From contig JBBQSO010000040.1 in NCBI GenBank assembly GCA_038213805.1, positions 1 to 47,228 on the forward strand: a stretch of 47,228 nucleotides of DNA, given 5' to 3'. How positions within the stretch are numbered: the first letter of the stretch is position 1; each line of letters opens with the position of its first letter. The translations under genes were made by a program, and so were the position numbers. Positions 18,484 through 29,600 of this stretch are shown here, piece by piece. The notes beneath the pieces were generated by a model. It was not told the DNA's origin. It searched no databases and saw only the letters and a program-made list of their open reading frames with translations. The stretch comes from Planctomycetota bacterium. Lineage in GTDB: Bacteria; Planctomycetota; UBA11346.

Positions 18484-21400
18484 ATGCAGGGACCACGAGC
18501 GAACGTATCAGCCATCGCCATCGCTCTGCTGCTCTGCGCGGCGCGCGGCACGTCGGCCGCCGAGCCTGATGCTGACGGCGCCGCCTTCTTCGAAGCGCAG
18601 GTGCGTCCGCTGCTGGTCGAGCGCTGCTATCGCTGCCACAGCGCGGAAGGAAAGAAGGTCAAAGGCGGATTGCGCCTCGATTCGCGACCCGGCACGCTGA
18701 CGGGCGGCGACACCGGGCCGGCGCTGGTGCCGGGTGATCCTGAGCGCAGCCTGCTGATCACGGCGGTACGCTACGGCGATCCCGACCTGCAGATGCCGCC
18801 CAAGGAGCGCCTGCCGGCGGCGGAAGTCGCCACGCTGACCGCGTGGATCGCGCGCGGCGCGCCCGACCCGCGCGCCACGGCGCCTGCGCTCGCCGCGCCC
18901 GCGGGCGCCGACCCGGCGGCGGCGCGCGAGCATTGGGCCTACCGCCCCCTCGTGCGGCCGGCGCTGCCCGCGGTGCGCGACCAGGCGTGGCCGCAGGGTC
19001 CCATCGACCGCTTCGTGCTGGCCCGGCTCGAGACTGCCCGCCTCGCGCCGGCACCACCGGCCGCGCGCCGCACGCTCATCCGTCGGCTGGCCTTCGATCT
19101 CACCGGCCTGCCGCCGACGGCCGCGGAGGTCGACGCATTCGTCTCCGACCATGAGCCCGGCGCGCTGGGGCGCGTCGTCGATCGACTGCTCTCCGACCCG
19201 GCCTTCGGCGAGCGCTGGGCGCGGCACTGGCTCGACCTCGCGCGTTTCGCTGAGAGCCATGGCTACGAGCAGGACTATGACCGGCCCCACGCCTGGCCGT
19301 ACCGCGACTTCGTCATCCAGGCGCTGAATCGCGACCTGCCCTACGACACCTTCGTCAGCTGGCAGTTGGCCGGCGACGAACTGGCTCCCGACGACAACCA
19401 GGCGCTGGCGGCGACCGGCTTCCTCGCCGCCGGCGTATGGCCGACGCAGATCACCAAGAACGAGGTCGAGAAGGCGCGCTACGACGCGCTCGACGACATG
19501 CTGTCGACCACCTTCACGGCGATGCTCGGCACCACGGTGGGCTGCGCGCGCTGCCACGATCACAAATACGACCCCATCGCCCAGCGCGATTACTACCGGT
19601 TGCTGGCGACCTTCACCACCACCGTGCGCAGCGACGCGGAGCGCGAGGTGCCGGATCCTGATTTGAAGGCGCGCCAAGCCGCGTTCGACGCGGAACAGGA
19701 GCGCCTCGACGCGGACCTGCGCCGCTGCATCGTGGACACCCTGCCGCTCAAGCTCGAGGGCGCGGGCGCCGCGCTCGCGGACGGCGCGCCCTGGACCACC
19801 CTTGCCGCGATCGTGGCCTCGGCCGGTGGCGCCACCGTGGCCAACCGCGATGACGGCTCCGTCCTGCTTTCGGGCGTCAACCCCGAACACGACACCATCA
19901 CCATCACCGCCACCACCGCCTTGACCGGGATCACCGCCCTGCGCCTGGAAGCGCTTGGCGATCCCAGCCTGGTCAAGGGCGGCCCGGGCCGGGCGGCCAA
20001 CGGCAATTTCGCGCTCACTGACATCAGCGTCAGCGCCGCGCCTGTGGCGGGCGGCGCTGCTGAAGCGGTGACTTTCACCGCTGCACATGCGACCTTCGAG
20101 CAGGCCGGTCTGCCCGCGGCCGCGGCCATCGACGGCGATCGCACCTCGGGCTGGGCGGTCGACCCGCAGTTCGGCCGCGACCACGCCCTGATCCTCACCT
20201 GCGCCCGGCCGTGCGGTTTTCCCGGCGGCACGGTCCTGGTGGCGACCCTGCACTTCGACAACAACACCGGTCACGGCATCGGCCGCCCGCGCCTGGCTGC
20301 GACCACCGGCCCTGCCGCGATACTGGACGGGGCAACGGTGCCGGAGGGGCTGCGCGGCGCGCTGAAGTTGACGCCGGCACAGCGCAGTGCCGCGCAGCAG
20401 GCCGCACTGCTCTCCTGGTTCGGCCCGCACGATCTCGACTGGCGGCGCCTGAGCGCGGCGGCCGAGCAACACCGCAGCCAGCGCCCGCAGACGGCCAGGA
20501 CGACGATCCTGATCGCCAGCGAGGGCGTGCCGGCGATCCACCTGCACACCCAGGGCGGCGACTTCCTGCCCGAGACCCACTTCCTCAAGCGCGGCGACCC
20601 GAATCAGAAACTGGAAGTGATGACGCCGTCGTTCTGGCCGCTGCTGATGGGTGCGCCCGAGTCGCGCTGGCAGAGCCAGCCGCCCCCCGGCGCGCACACC
20701 TCGTACCGACGGCGCGCCCTCGCGGCGTGGATGACCGATGTCGACCGCGGCGCCGGGCGGCTGCTCGCGCGCGTCGCGGTGAACCGCCTGTGGCAGCACC
20801 TGCTCGGCCGCGGCCTGGCGCCGACGCCGAGCGACATCGGGCTGCACGCCGATCCACCCAGCCACCCCGAACTGCTCGACTGGCTCGCCAGCGAACTGGT
20901 GAGCGGTGGCTGGCGGCTCAAGCCGCTCATCCGGGCCATCGTCCTGAGCAGCACCTACGCCGAGTCCGCGGTTGCAGATCCTGCCGCCATCGCGGCCGAC
21001 CCCCAGGACGCGCTGCTGACGCGCTTCCGCCGCCACCGGCTCGAGGCCGAGGCGGTGCGCGACACCCTGCTCGCCATCGGTGGCGTGCTCGACCGCACGC
21101 CAGCCGGTCCCGGAACGCTCGATCCCGCCAGCCGCCGGCGCAGCATCTATTTCACCATCAAGCGCAGCGCGCTGATCCCCTTCCTGTCCGTCTTCGACTT
21201 TCCCGAGCCGCTGCAGGGCGTGGCCGAACGCCCGGCCACCACCATCGCGCCGCAGGCCCTGGCCCTGATCAACAACCCCCAGGCCCGCGCCTGGGCCGCC
21301 GGGCTCGCCACCCGCATCGCCGACGCTCCGGAACCGGCCGCAGCGGTCGCCGCCGCCTACCGGATAGCCCTGCAGCGCACCCCGAACGCCGCTGAGACCG

Positions 21401-21531
21401 CCGACGGCACGGCCTTCATCGCCGCCCAGGAGCGCGCGCATGCCGACCACCCGGCCGATGCGCACCACCAGGCGCTCATCGACTTCTGCCAGGTGGTCTT
21501 GTGCCTGAATGAGACGATCTATGTGGAGTGA
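18484..21531 (+). CDS. PSD1 and planctomycete cytochrome c domain protein (PSCyt1 + DUF1549 + DUF1553)
   Basis: Signal peptide, FFEAQVRPLLVERCYRCH, GERWARHWLDLARFAES, CARCHDHKYDPI, VNRLWQHLLGRGL, PSHPELLDWLA, RRRSIY, PQALALIN. Confidence 0.95.
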   Translation: MQGPRANVSAIAIALLLCAARGTSAAEPDADGAAFFEAQVRPLLVERCYRCHSAEGKKVKGGLRLDSRPGTLTGGDTGPALVPGDPERSLLITAVRYGDPDLQMPPKERLPAAEVATLTAWIARGAPDPRATAPALAAPAGADPAAAREHWAYRPLVRPALPAVRDQAWPQGPIDRFVLARLETARLAPAPPAARRTLIRRLAFDLTGLPPTAAEVDAFVSDHEPGALGRVVDRLLSDPAFGERWARHWLDLARFAESHGYEQDYDRPHAWPYRDFVIQALNRDLPYDTFVSWQLAGDELAPDDNQALAATGFLAAGVWPTQITKNEVEKARYDALDDMLSTTFTAMLGTTVGCARCHDHKYDPIAQRDYYRLLATFTTTVRSDAEREVPDPDLKARQAAFDAEQERLDADLRRCIVDTLPLKLEGAGAALADGAPWTTLAAIVASAGGATVANRDDGSVLLSGVNPEHDTITITATTALTGITALRLEALGDPSLVKGGPGRAANGNFALTDISVSAAPVAGGAAEAVTFTAAHATFEQAGLPAAAAIDGDRTSGWAVDPQFGRDHALILTCARPCGFPGGTVLVATLHFDNNTGHGIGRPRLAATTGPAAILDGATVPEGLRGALKLTPAQRSAAQQAALLSWFGPHDLDWRRLSAAAEQHRSQRPQTARTTILIASEGVPAIHLHTQGGDFLPETHFLKRGDPNQKLEVMTPSFWPLLMGAPESRWQSQPPPGAHTSYRRRALAAWMTDVDRGAGRLLARVAVNRLWQHLLGRGLAPTPSDIGLHADPPSHPELLDWLASELVSGGWRLKPLIRAIVLSSTYAESAVADPAAIAADPQDALLTRFRRHRLEAEAVRDTLLAIGGVLDRTPAGPGTLDPASRRRSIYFTIKRSALIPFLSVFDFPEPLQGVAERPATTIAPQALALINNPQARAWAAGLATRIADAPEPAAAVAAAYRIALQRTPNAAETADGTAFIAAQERAHADHPADAHHQALIDFCQVVLCLNETIYVE

Positions 21532-21542
21532 TGGGGTCGTGC

Positions 21543-21591
21543 GAGCTCTGAGCTACGAGCTACGAGCTACGAGCTATGAGTCTGGAGTCTC
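21543..21591. repeat. Degenerate heptamer tandem repeat (GAGCTAC)
   Basis: GAGCTCT GAGCTAC GAGCTAC GAGCTAC GAGCTAT GAGTCTG GAGTCTC in the spacer between two co-oriented genes. Confidence 0.75.
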
Positions 21592-21664
21592 GCAACTCGC
21601 ACCTGGCCATTCGCATGCGTACGCAGGGTCCAGGGTCTCGCGTCTCACCGAATGAAGGATCCCC

Positions 21665-23086
21665 ATGAGCACATCCACCCGTCGTGATCTGCTCGCCCGC
21701 GCTGGCAACGGTCTGGGGCTGCTCGCCCTCGCCGGTCTGCTCGACTCGCTGGGACTGAATGCCGCCGAGCCGAGCGATCCGCTCGCGCCACGTCCGGGCC
21801 ACTTCCCGGCCAAGGCCAAGGCGGTGATCTGGGTGTTCATGAACGGCGGGCCCAGCCACGTGGACACCTGGGACTACAAGCCCGAGCTGACGAAGCGTGA
21901 TGGCACCGAACTCGCCGGCTTCGACAAGGACACCGGATTCTTCACTGACCAGGTCGGGCCGCTGATGGGTTCACCTTTCGCTTTTGCCCAGCACGGCCAG
22001 TGCGGCGCCTGGGTCTCGGAGCTGTTCCCGGCGCTCGCGCAGCACGTCGACAAGATGGCGTTCCTGCACAGCTGCTGGACCGATTCAAACAATCACGCGC
22101 CGGCGCTGCTGGAGATCAACTCCGGTATGCCGCGCATGGGTTTCCCCAGTCTCGGCGCGTGGCTGACCTATGGCCTGGGCTCGGCGGCGCGCGACCTGCC
22201 GGCCTTCATCGCCATGACCGACACCAAAGGGCGCGGCGTGCCCAAGGGCCACTCCGCAAACTGGAGCGCCGGCTTCCTGCCCGGCATCTACCAGGGCACC
22301 GCGCTCAAGCCGCAGGGCGCGCCGATCGGCGACCTTGAGCGCGCGGCGGAACTGAGCGATCCGGCCCAGCGCGCGCAGCTCGACCTGCTCGCGCGCCTCA
22401 ACCGGCGCAGCGCCGCGGATGGCGAACTCGAGGCGCGCATCGCCTCGTTCGAGCTTGCCTACCGCATGCAGACCGCCGCGCCCGAGGCCCTCGACCTGGG
22501 GCGCGAGCCGGCGCACATCCAGAAGCTCTACGGCCTCGACGATCCGCGCTGCGCGCCCTACGGCCGCCAGTGCCTGCTCGCGCGCCGGCTGGTCGAGCGC
22601 GGCGTACGCTGCGTGCAGATCTACTCCGGGGGCATGGACAATGAGAAGAGCTGGGACGGCCACGTCGACCTGGTCGGCAACCACCGCGGCTTCGCCGCCG
22701 AGACCGATACGCCGATCGCCGGCCTGCTCACCGACCTCGCGCAGCGCGGCCTGCTCGACTCGACTCTGGTGATCTGGGGCGGCGAATTCGGCCGCCTGCC
22801 GGTGTCGCAGCGCACCAAGGACGGCAAGAACGCCGGCCGCGACCACAATCCGCACGCCTTCACCACCTGGATGGCCGGCGGCGGGGTCAAGGGCGGCTGC
22901 CGCCACGGCGCCACGGACGAGCTGGGCCACAAGGCGGTCGAGAACCGCGTCGGCGTGCATGACCTGCACGCAACCATCCTGCACCTGATGGGTCTCGACC
23001 ACGAGAAGCTCACCTACCGGTTCAATGGCCGGGACTACCGGCTGACGGATGTGGCGGGGAAGGTGGTGCGGGCGATTCTCGCGTGA
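21665..23086 (+). CDS. DUF1501 domain protein (Tat-exported, sulfatase-like fold)
   Basis: Tat motif TRRDLL, FMNGGPSHVDTWDYKP, CLLARRLVERGVR, WGGEFGRLP, GRDHNP, VHDLHATILHLMG, RLTDVAG. Confidence 0.95.
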   Translation: MSTSTRRDLLARAGNGLGLLALAGLLDSLGLNAAEPSDPLAPRPGHFPAKAKAVIWVFMNGGPSHVDTWDYKPELTKRDGTELAGFDKDTGFFTDQVGPLMGSPFAFAQHGQCGAWVSELFPALAQHVDKMAFLHSCWTDSNNHAPALLEINSGMPRMGFPSLGAWLTYGLGSAARDLPAFIAMTDTKGRGVPKGHSANWSAGFLPGIYQGTALKPQGAPIGDLERAAELSDPAQRAQLDLLARLNRRSAADGELEARIASFELAYRMQTAAPEALDLGREPAHIQKLYGLDDPRCAPYGRQCLLARRLVERGVRCVQIYSGGMDNEKSWDGHVDLVGNHRGFAAETDTPIAGLLTDLAQRGLLDSTLVIWGGEFGRLPVSQRTKDGKNAGRDHNPHAFTTWMAGGGVKGGCRHGATDELGHKAVENRVGVHDLHATILHLMGLDHEKLTYRFNGRDYRLTDVAGKVVRAILA

Positions 23087-23227
23087 ACGGGGACTGATTG
23101 ATGGTTGTTGGCGGTATACACCGTCGCAATTTTTTGATTTATGGGAGTCTGTAGCCTCGCCACTGGTTGTGGTGGCACTGCCTCATGACGCATTCCAGGC
23201 GAGCTAGTGCTCGCCTCGCGCAGCCAC

Positions 23228-24379
23228 TCAGCGCGCCGCCTTCAGCAGCAGACTCTCGCCGAGCAGCACCGCCGACAGGTGCGTGCTGAGTTCGAGGTCC
23301 TCAGCAGCCGCACCCGCATCCCAGGTGGCGGGCAGCAGCGCGTCTTCGCGCGCGGCCTGCAACGTCGCGAGCCGTCGCGCATTGGCGGCCAGCGCGCTGT
23401 GGATGCGTCCCTGCAGGGTCGGTGACTCCGCGGCCAACGCGCCGAGGTAGCGCACCAGGATGCCCTTGAATAGCCCGCCGTCGCCCTTGCCGCCGTGATC
23501 GCGGCACAGGCCGGTGTCGGCAGCGAAGTATTCCTTGAGGGACGCGCTGGCGATGGATTCGGCGGATTCGCGCCAAGCATCCTGGTGGGTGGCGCGGCGC
23601 ATCTCCAGGCAGGCGCCGATGACGATGCCCTGGACGTAGGTGAAGCGCCAACCCGTGTCGATTTCGTTTTTGCCGGTGCGGTTGATGCCGTCCCAGATCA
23701 GGCCACTCGCCGGATCGCGCAGCGTCGCCATCAGCCAGGTGGCGATGCGGCTCGCCGCCGGCAGGTCCTCGGCTTGACCTCCGTCCTGCGCGAAGGCGGC
23801 GCCGAGCAGCATGGCCGGCCCGTTGGCCGGCGCGTTCTTGTAGTCACGCTGCTGGCGTCGCCAGGGGATGCCGCCTCCGCAGCTGTCGTTCCAGCTGACG
23901 CGGATGTCGTCCCACAGCCGCCGTCCCACCGCGCGGAATGCCGGATCGCCGGTCGCCGCGGCGGCGTCGCGCATGGCGATGGCCATCCAGCCTTCGTCAT
24001 CGAAGTAGTCGTTGGTCCAGTGCCCGCCATTGCGCGCCAGCAGGGCGGTGCGCAAGGCGGTCAGGTCGGCGGCCTTCCACACCGCACTGCCGCGCGCCAC
24101 TGCCAGCGACACCGCCGACAGCGCATGCGCCTGCCACCAGTAATTGAAATCGCCAGTCGCCGGATCGCCCTGGTCGGCGCGGTTGCGGAAGAGGTGCGCG
24201 TGGTCATCCCAGTAGTGATGGCGCAGCGCCATTTGGGCGTGCTCGGCGAAAGGCGTCCACGATTCCTCAGCCGTTGCCGTGTGCGTGGCGCCGCAGAGCA
24301 GCGCCGCAGCGAGCAGGGTCCGAAACGTCCGCGCGCGGGCGCTTGCACCGCACCCGCCACTCCTGCTCCGGCAGATCAT
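23228..24379 (-). CDS. Glycoside hydrolase family 76 (alpha-1,6-mannanase-like)
   Basis: NYWWQAHAL, catalytic NDYFDDEGW, GGGIPW...YKNAPANGP, FTYVQG, GDGGLFKGILVRYL. Start set at MICRSR (24379); the longer ORF overlaps the HPP gene. Confidence 0.9.
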   Translation of the reverse strand: MICRSRSGGCGASARARTFRTLLAAALLCGATHTATAEESWTPFAEHAQMALRHHYWDDHAHLFRNRADQGDPATGDFNYWWQAHALSAVSLAVARGSAVWKAADLTALRTALLARNGGHWTNDYFDDEGWMAIAMRDAAAATGDPAFRAVGRRLWDDIRVSWNDSCGGGIPWRRQQRDYKNAPANGPAMLLGAAFAQDGGQAEDLPAASRIATWLMATLRDPASGLIWDGINRTGKNEIDTGWRFTYVQGIVIGACLEMRRATHQDAWRESAESIASASLKEYFAADTGLCRDHGGKGDGGLFKGILVRYLGALAAESPTLQGRIHSALAANARRLATLQAAREDALLPATWDAGAAAEDLELSTHLSAVLLGESLLLKAAR

Positions 24380-24453
24380 CGCGTTCTCCGTTCTGTATGC
24401 GCGCGGAGCAGTGGCGGTGTCATGATATACGCCGCCCATCACCCTGCCGGCCA

Positions 24454-25062
24454 TCACCACCAGTAAAGCGGGTAGCGCCGGTGCTCGAGCGCGTTGTTGT
24501 AAAGCGCCGCGCACACCACTAGCAGCGCAGCCCCGCTCAGCGCCGGCAGCACCAGGAATCCCGCGTGCGCGTGCAGGTGCACTGCGATAATCGCGGTCGA
24601 GCCGGCCGGCGGGTGGACGGTGCGGGTCAACTTCATCGCGGCGATCGCCGTCGCCACCGCCAGCGCCATCGCTGACCAGTGCTCGCCGAACACCGCCACG
24701 GTGGCGACGCCGATCGTCGCCGCCAGCACGTGACCCCCGATGGCGTTGCGCGGCTGCGAAAAATGGCTGTCGGGGTACCCGAAGAGCAGCACGCACGACG
24801 CCCCGAACGAGGCGAGCATGAGCGGCGCCCCGGTGGCCGCCGACAGCCAGCCAAGGGCCCCCAGTGCGATCATGGTTCCCAGCCAGGCGATCAGGGCATG
24901 CGCCAGGCTCGGCCGCGTTGGCCCAATCGCCCCGGTTCCCGAAAAGCGCTGCGCGTAAACACGTAAAGGCTTATAGAGTCTTCGACTACGGAATGCGACC
25001 GCACGCAAATGCCGACGCCCCCGATGCCCATGCCGGGCGTCCGCTTGGACATTCCTGATCAT
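24454..25062 (-). CDS. HPP family membrane protein
   Basis: ASFGASCVLLFGYPDSHFSQPRNAIGGH and TRTVHPPAG, C-terminal RRYPLYWW. Start uncertain. Confidence 0.9.
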   Translation of the reverse strand: MIRNVQADARHGHRGRRHLRAVAFRSRRLYKPLRVYAQRFSGTGAIGPTRPSLAHALIAWLGTMIALGALGWLSAATGAPLMLASFGASCVLLFGYPDSHFSQPRNAIGGHVLAATIGVATVAVFGEHWSAMALAVATAIAAMKLTRTVHPPAGSTAIIAVHLHAHAGFLVLPALSGAALLVVCAALYNNALEHRRYPLYWW

Positions 25063-25214
25063 TATCGAAGGATAAGTGCTGCACGGCGCAACAGTTCATG
25101 CGTCCGCGCGAGGAGGCTGATTCGCGCGGCGTATGGCTTGGTGGGGGAGGATTGGCGGGTGCGGTTTGCGCATTCCGGCACTCCGTCCTGCGCTCGCTAC
25201 AGGATCCGCAAAAC

Positions 25215-26624
25215 TCAGGCCAGGATCGCCTTCACCACCTTGCCATGCACGTCCGTCAGCCGGAAGTCGCGGCCCTGGAAGCGCACCGTCAGGCGGGTGT
25301 GGTCGATGCCCATGACATGCATGATGGTGGCGTGCAGGTCATGGACGTGGACCGGATCCTGTACCGCGTTGTAGCCGAAGTCGTCGGTCGCGCCGTGGGT
25401 GAAGCCGCGCTTGATGCCGCCGCCGGCCATGAACAGCGAGAAGCCCTTGATGTGGTGGTCGCGGCCATCGCCCTGCGCCATCGGCGTGCGCCCGAACTCG
25501 CCACCCCAGATCACCAGGGTGTCGTCGAGCATGCCGCGCTGTTTGAGGTCGGTGATCAGCGCCGCGGTGCCCTGGTCGACCAGCCGGCCGGTGTCCATGA
25601 CGCCCTTCTTCACCCCGCCGTGGTGGTCCCAGCCGCGGTGATAGCACTGGATGAAGCGCACCCCGCGCTCGGCGAGGCGGCGCGCCATCAGACAGTTCGC
25701 CGCGAAGGTACCGTCGGCACCCTTGGTGCCGTAGAGGTCGAGCACGCTCTTCGGCTCCTTCGAGAAATCGACCAGCTCGGGCACGCTGGCCTGCATCTTG
25801 AAGGCCATCTCGTACTGGCTGACGCGCGTGGCGATCTCGGGATCGGCGACCACGCCGTCATGCATGCCGTTGAGCGCGTTGACCGCGTCGATGACCTCGC
25901 GCTGCTGCTGCACGCCGACACCGGGCGGGCGCCCGACGTAGAGCACCGGATCGCCCTTGGCGTGGAAGGGCACGCCCTGGAAACGGCTCGGCAGCATGCC
26001 CGCCGACCACTGGCGCGAGGCGATAGGCTGGGCCTGGCCGCCCCCCACCGAGGTCAGTACGATGAAGCCCGGCAGGTCCTGGCACGCGCTGCCCAGGCCG
26101 TAGAGGAACCACGAGCCCATGCTCGGCCGGCCGCTGATCGACGAGCCCGAGTTCATGAACGACTGCGCCGGATCGTGGTTGATGGCATCGGTCATCATCG
26201 AGCGGATGACGCAGATCTCGTCAGCCACGCCACCGATGTTCGGCAAGACGTCGCTGATCTCGAGGCCCGACTTCCCCCAGCGCCGGAACGGGTGCTGCGG
26301 AGCCATGACTTTCAGCGCCTGGCCCTGCAGCTGCGCGATCGGTTGACCCTTGGTCAGCGATTCCGGCATCGGCTTGCCGTCGAGCGCCGCCATCCCCGGC
26401 TTGTTGTCGAACAGATCGATGTGCGAGGGTCCGCCGCTCTGGAACAAGTAGATGATGCGCTTGGCGGTAGGCTTGTGGTGCAGCGGCTGGAGCGCGGCCG
26501 GCCACTGCTCGGCCGCGCCCAGGCCGCGCGGCAACAGCGCCGACAATGCGAGGGCGCCGAGGCCGGCGGCGCCGCGGCCAAGAAATGCGCGGCGGAGCAG
26601 CGGTGCGTTCAAGTGGTCCATCAT
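25215..26624 (-). CDS. DUF1501 domain protein (Tat-exported)
   Basis: Tat motif LRRAFL, LFQSGGPSHIDLFD, CLMARRLAERGVRF, WGGEFGRTP, GRDHH, VHDLHAT, RLTDVHG. Start at MMDHLN. Confidence 0.95.
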   Translation of the reverse strand: MMDHLNAPLLRRAFLGRGAAGLGALALSALLPRGLGAAEQWPAALQPLHHKPTAKRIIYLFQSGGPSHIDLFDNKPGMAALDGKPMPESLTKGQPIAQLQGQALKVMAPQHPFRRWGKSGLEISDVLPNIGGVADEICVIRSMMTDAINHDPAQSFMNSGSSISGRPSMGSWFLYGLGSACQDLPGFIVLTSVGGGQAQPIASRQWSAGMLPSRFQGVPFHAKGDPVLYVGRPPGVGVQQQREVIDAVNALNGMHDGVVADPEIATRVSQYEMAFKMQASVPELVDFSKEPKSVLDLYGTKGADGTFAANCLMARRLAERGVRFIQCYHRGWDHHGGVKKGVMDTGRLVDQGTAALITDLKQRGMLDDTLVIWGGEFGRTPMAQGDGRDHHIKGFSLFMAGGGIKRGFTHGATDDFGYNAVQDPVHVHDLHATIMHVMGIDHTRLTVRFQGRDFRLTDVHGKVVKAILA

Positions 26625-26656
26625 GATCGGTCTCGCGGGAAGGGTGCGCACGGCGC

Positions 26657-29600
26657 TCAGTTGCGGGTGATGGTCTCGTGCAGGTTGAGGATGGTGCGCG
26701 CCACCGAGGTCCACGCCGCCAGTTCGGCCGCGGGTATGGTGGCGGGCGCGCGGTAGTCGCCGACCTCGGCGAGCGCCGCGGCGGCCGCGGGATCCGCGGC
26801 GTAGGTGGCGCGGTGCCGGGCGAGGATGGCCGTCACCACCGCCAGTTCCGCCGCCGTCGGCGGCCGCGCCAATGCCCGCCGCCACGCCCACGCCACGCGC
26901 GCCGGCTCGTCGACCCCGCCCTCGCCCAGAATGCGCACCGCGAAGGCGCGCGCAGCCTCGACGTAGGTCGGGTCGTCGAGCAGCGCCAGGGCCTGCTGCG
27001 GGGTGTTGGCGCGGGTGCGCTCGCCGGTGCACTCTTCGCGGGACGGCGCATCGAAGGCGAGCAGGCTGGGCTGCAGGAAGGTGCGCTGCCACCACGTGTA
27101 GAGGCCGCGGCGATGGCCGTCCTGACCCTTGTCGGCCTGCCACTCGCGCTCGGGGAAATTGAGATGCGCCCAGTAGCCAGCCGGCTGATATGGCTTGACG
27201 CTCGGGCCTCCCACCTGCTCGACGAGCAGGCCGCTGATCGCCAGGGCGTTGTCGCGCACGAACTCGGCGTCGAGGCGGAAGGTGCCCTGGTGCGAGAGCA
27301 GCCGCCCGAACGGATCACGTTCGGCGAGGCGCGCGCGCTGGTCGGCGGGCGGCGTTGCAGCCAGCCGGTAGACCCGGCTGGTGACGATGCCGCGCACCAG
27401 CGCCTTGACGTCCCAGCCCGCGCGGAAGCGCGCGGCGAGGTGGTCGAGCAGCTCCGGGTGGACCGGCCACTCGCCCTGCACGCCGAGATCGTCGACCGAG
27501 CGACTCAACCCGGTACCGAAGAGCATGCGCCAGACGCGGTTGACGAATACCCGCGCGGTCAGCGGATTGTCGGCCGCGACCAGCCAGTGAGCGAGGTCGA
27601 GGCGCGTCGCGCGCTGGCCCGCGGAAGGCGCGGCGATCTGACGCAGGAAGTGCGGCACCGCCGGCTCCACGACGGCGCCGCTGTCGTCCTGCCAGTTGCC
27701 GCGCGGCAGCACGCGCACCGTGCGCGGCGTTGCACTGACGGTGATCAGGCAGCGCGTGCCGGCGTCCTCCAGCTCCTTGCGCTCCTGCTGCAGCGGCGCG
27801 GCCTGCGCGCGCACCGCGTCGAGCGCCGGAGCGATGGTGCGGTAGTAAGCGGCCAGCCTCTGGCGCTGCTCGGGTGACCGTTTCTCCGGCGCCTCGGCGA
27901 GCGCCTTGCGCACTTCGGCGGGTGTCGCCAGATCGCGCAGCGGCTCGGCATCGCCGGTCAGGGTCACGCGCGGCCGCCCGAGCATATGCCGCGCATGCGG
28001 CGAGGCGAACACCAGCGTCACCACGACTTCGGCCCCAGGCGGGACCGCGACCGGCGCGCAGGCGAACAGCGCGGTGTGCGGCTTGCCGGCCTGCGGCAGG
28101 ATCGCCCAGCCGCCGCCGGGTTTGGCGGCAAGGACCGCGGCGATCGGCCAGTCGCCCTGTTCATGGTCGGCGGCGGCGCCGGTCAGCGCGATGGCGTGGG
28201 TCGCACCCTTGCCGCCATCCTCCACGAACGCCACGGTCACGGTGCTGAGCACGAAGTTGCCGTTCTCGGCGGAGCCCGGGCCGGACTGCGGCAGACTCGG
28301 GTCGGTGAGCGCTTCGAGGCGCAGGCCGGTCAGGTGGGTGAGCGCGGTGCTGCCGCGGATGGTGATGGTCTCGTGGTCGGCGGGTTTCGCGACCAGCAGC
28401 GAGCCGTCGGGTTGCGCGGTCAGCAGACTGCCGTTTGCAGCGCTGGCCATTTGCGTGCCGAGCGGCGACCACGCGGCGCCGGCGCCCGCGACGGCTTCCC
28501 AGGCGCGCTGCGCGACCTGCAGCTCCGGCGTGTCGCTCTCACGGCGCTTCTGAAGTGGTACGAGCGCAGCCTCAAGCTGGTCCAGGCGCGCGCGTCGCGC
28601 GTCGTCCAGCACCACCAGCTCGTCGGCGCGCCGGCCGATGGCGTCCTCCTTGATGTCGGCGAAGAACGCACCCATGGCGTAGAAATCGCGCGCGCTGAAG
28701 GGATCGAACTTGTGGTCGTGGCATTCGGCGCAGCCCAGCGTCGCGCCCAGCCACGCGCCGGCGACGTTGCGCACGCGGTCGCCGAGATTCTTGGCCTCGT
28801 ACTCCTTCGCCTGGGCGCCGCCCTCCTCGGTGGTCATCAGCAGGCGGTTATAGGCGGAGGCGACGCGCTGCGCGGTCGTCGGCGCGGGCAGCAGATCGCC
28901 GGCGAGCTGCTCGACGGTGAAGCGGTCGAAGGGCATGTCGGCGTTGAAGGCCGTGATGACGTAGTCGCGGAAGGGCGCCACGTTACGTGCATTGTCGCTG
29001 TGGTAGCCGATGGAGTCGGCGTAGCGCACCAGGTCGAGCCAGAATTCCGCCATGCGCTCGCCATAGCGCGGCGAAGCGAGCAGGCGGTCGACAACCTGCT
29101 CGTAGGCATCGGCGCCGCGATCAGCGGTGAAGGCGTCGACCTCGGCCAGGGTCGGGGGCAGCCCGGTCAGGTCCAGGCTCAGGCGGCGGATCAGCGTCGG
29201 CCGGTCGGCCTCGGGCGCGGGCGCCAGGCCCTCGCGCGCGAGCCGCGCGAGGACGAAGCGGTCGATGTCGCCCAGGGCCCAGTCCTTGGGCGCCTGGGTC
29301 GGCGCGACCGCCGGGGCCGCGGGCGGCAGGATCGGCGCATAGGACCAGTGCTGCTCGTAAGCGCCGCCCTGCGCGACCCAGGCGCGCAGCATGGCGATCT
29401 GCTGGGCGGTGAGCTTCTTGCCGGATTCCGGCGGCGGCATCAGGTCGTCCTGGTCGGCGGTGGCGATGCGCACCGCCAGCTGGCTTTTCGCCAGGTCGCC
29501 GGACACGATGGCGTGATGGTCGCTGTCCTTGATCGCCGCGCGCGCATCGTCGGAGTTGGTCAACCCCAACCCGCCCTTGCGCTTGGCCTTGTCGGCGGAG

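Noticed and set aside
18508..21468. 986-aa antisense ORF, and similar long shadow ORFs (25098-26756, 27986-29941, 32703-34379, 37039-39747, 39308-41185)
   Set aside because: They mirror well-supported genes on the opposite strand, have no motifs, and are expected from stop-codon scarcity in high-GC DNA.
24380..24796. Long N-terminal extensions in the ORF track (GH76 to 24796, DUF1501 to 27143, PSD1 to 30049, tatA to 44831, apt from 44407)
   Set aside because: They overlap neighbouring genes or promoters and precede clear signal peptides or family N-termini, so downstream starts were used.
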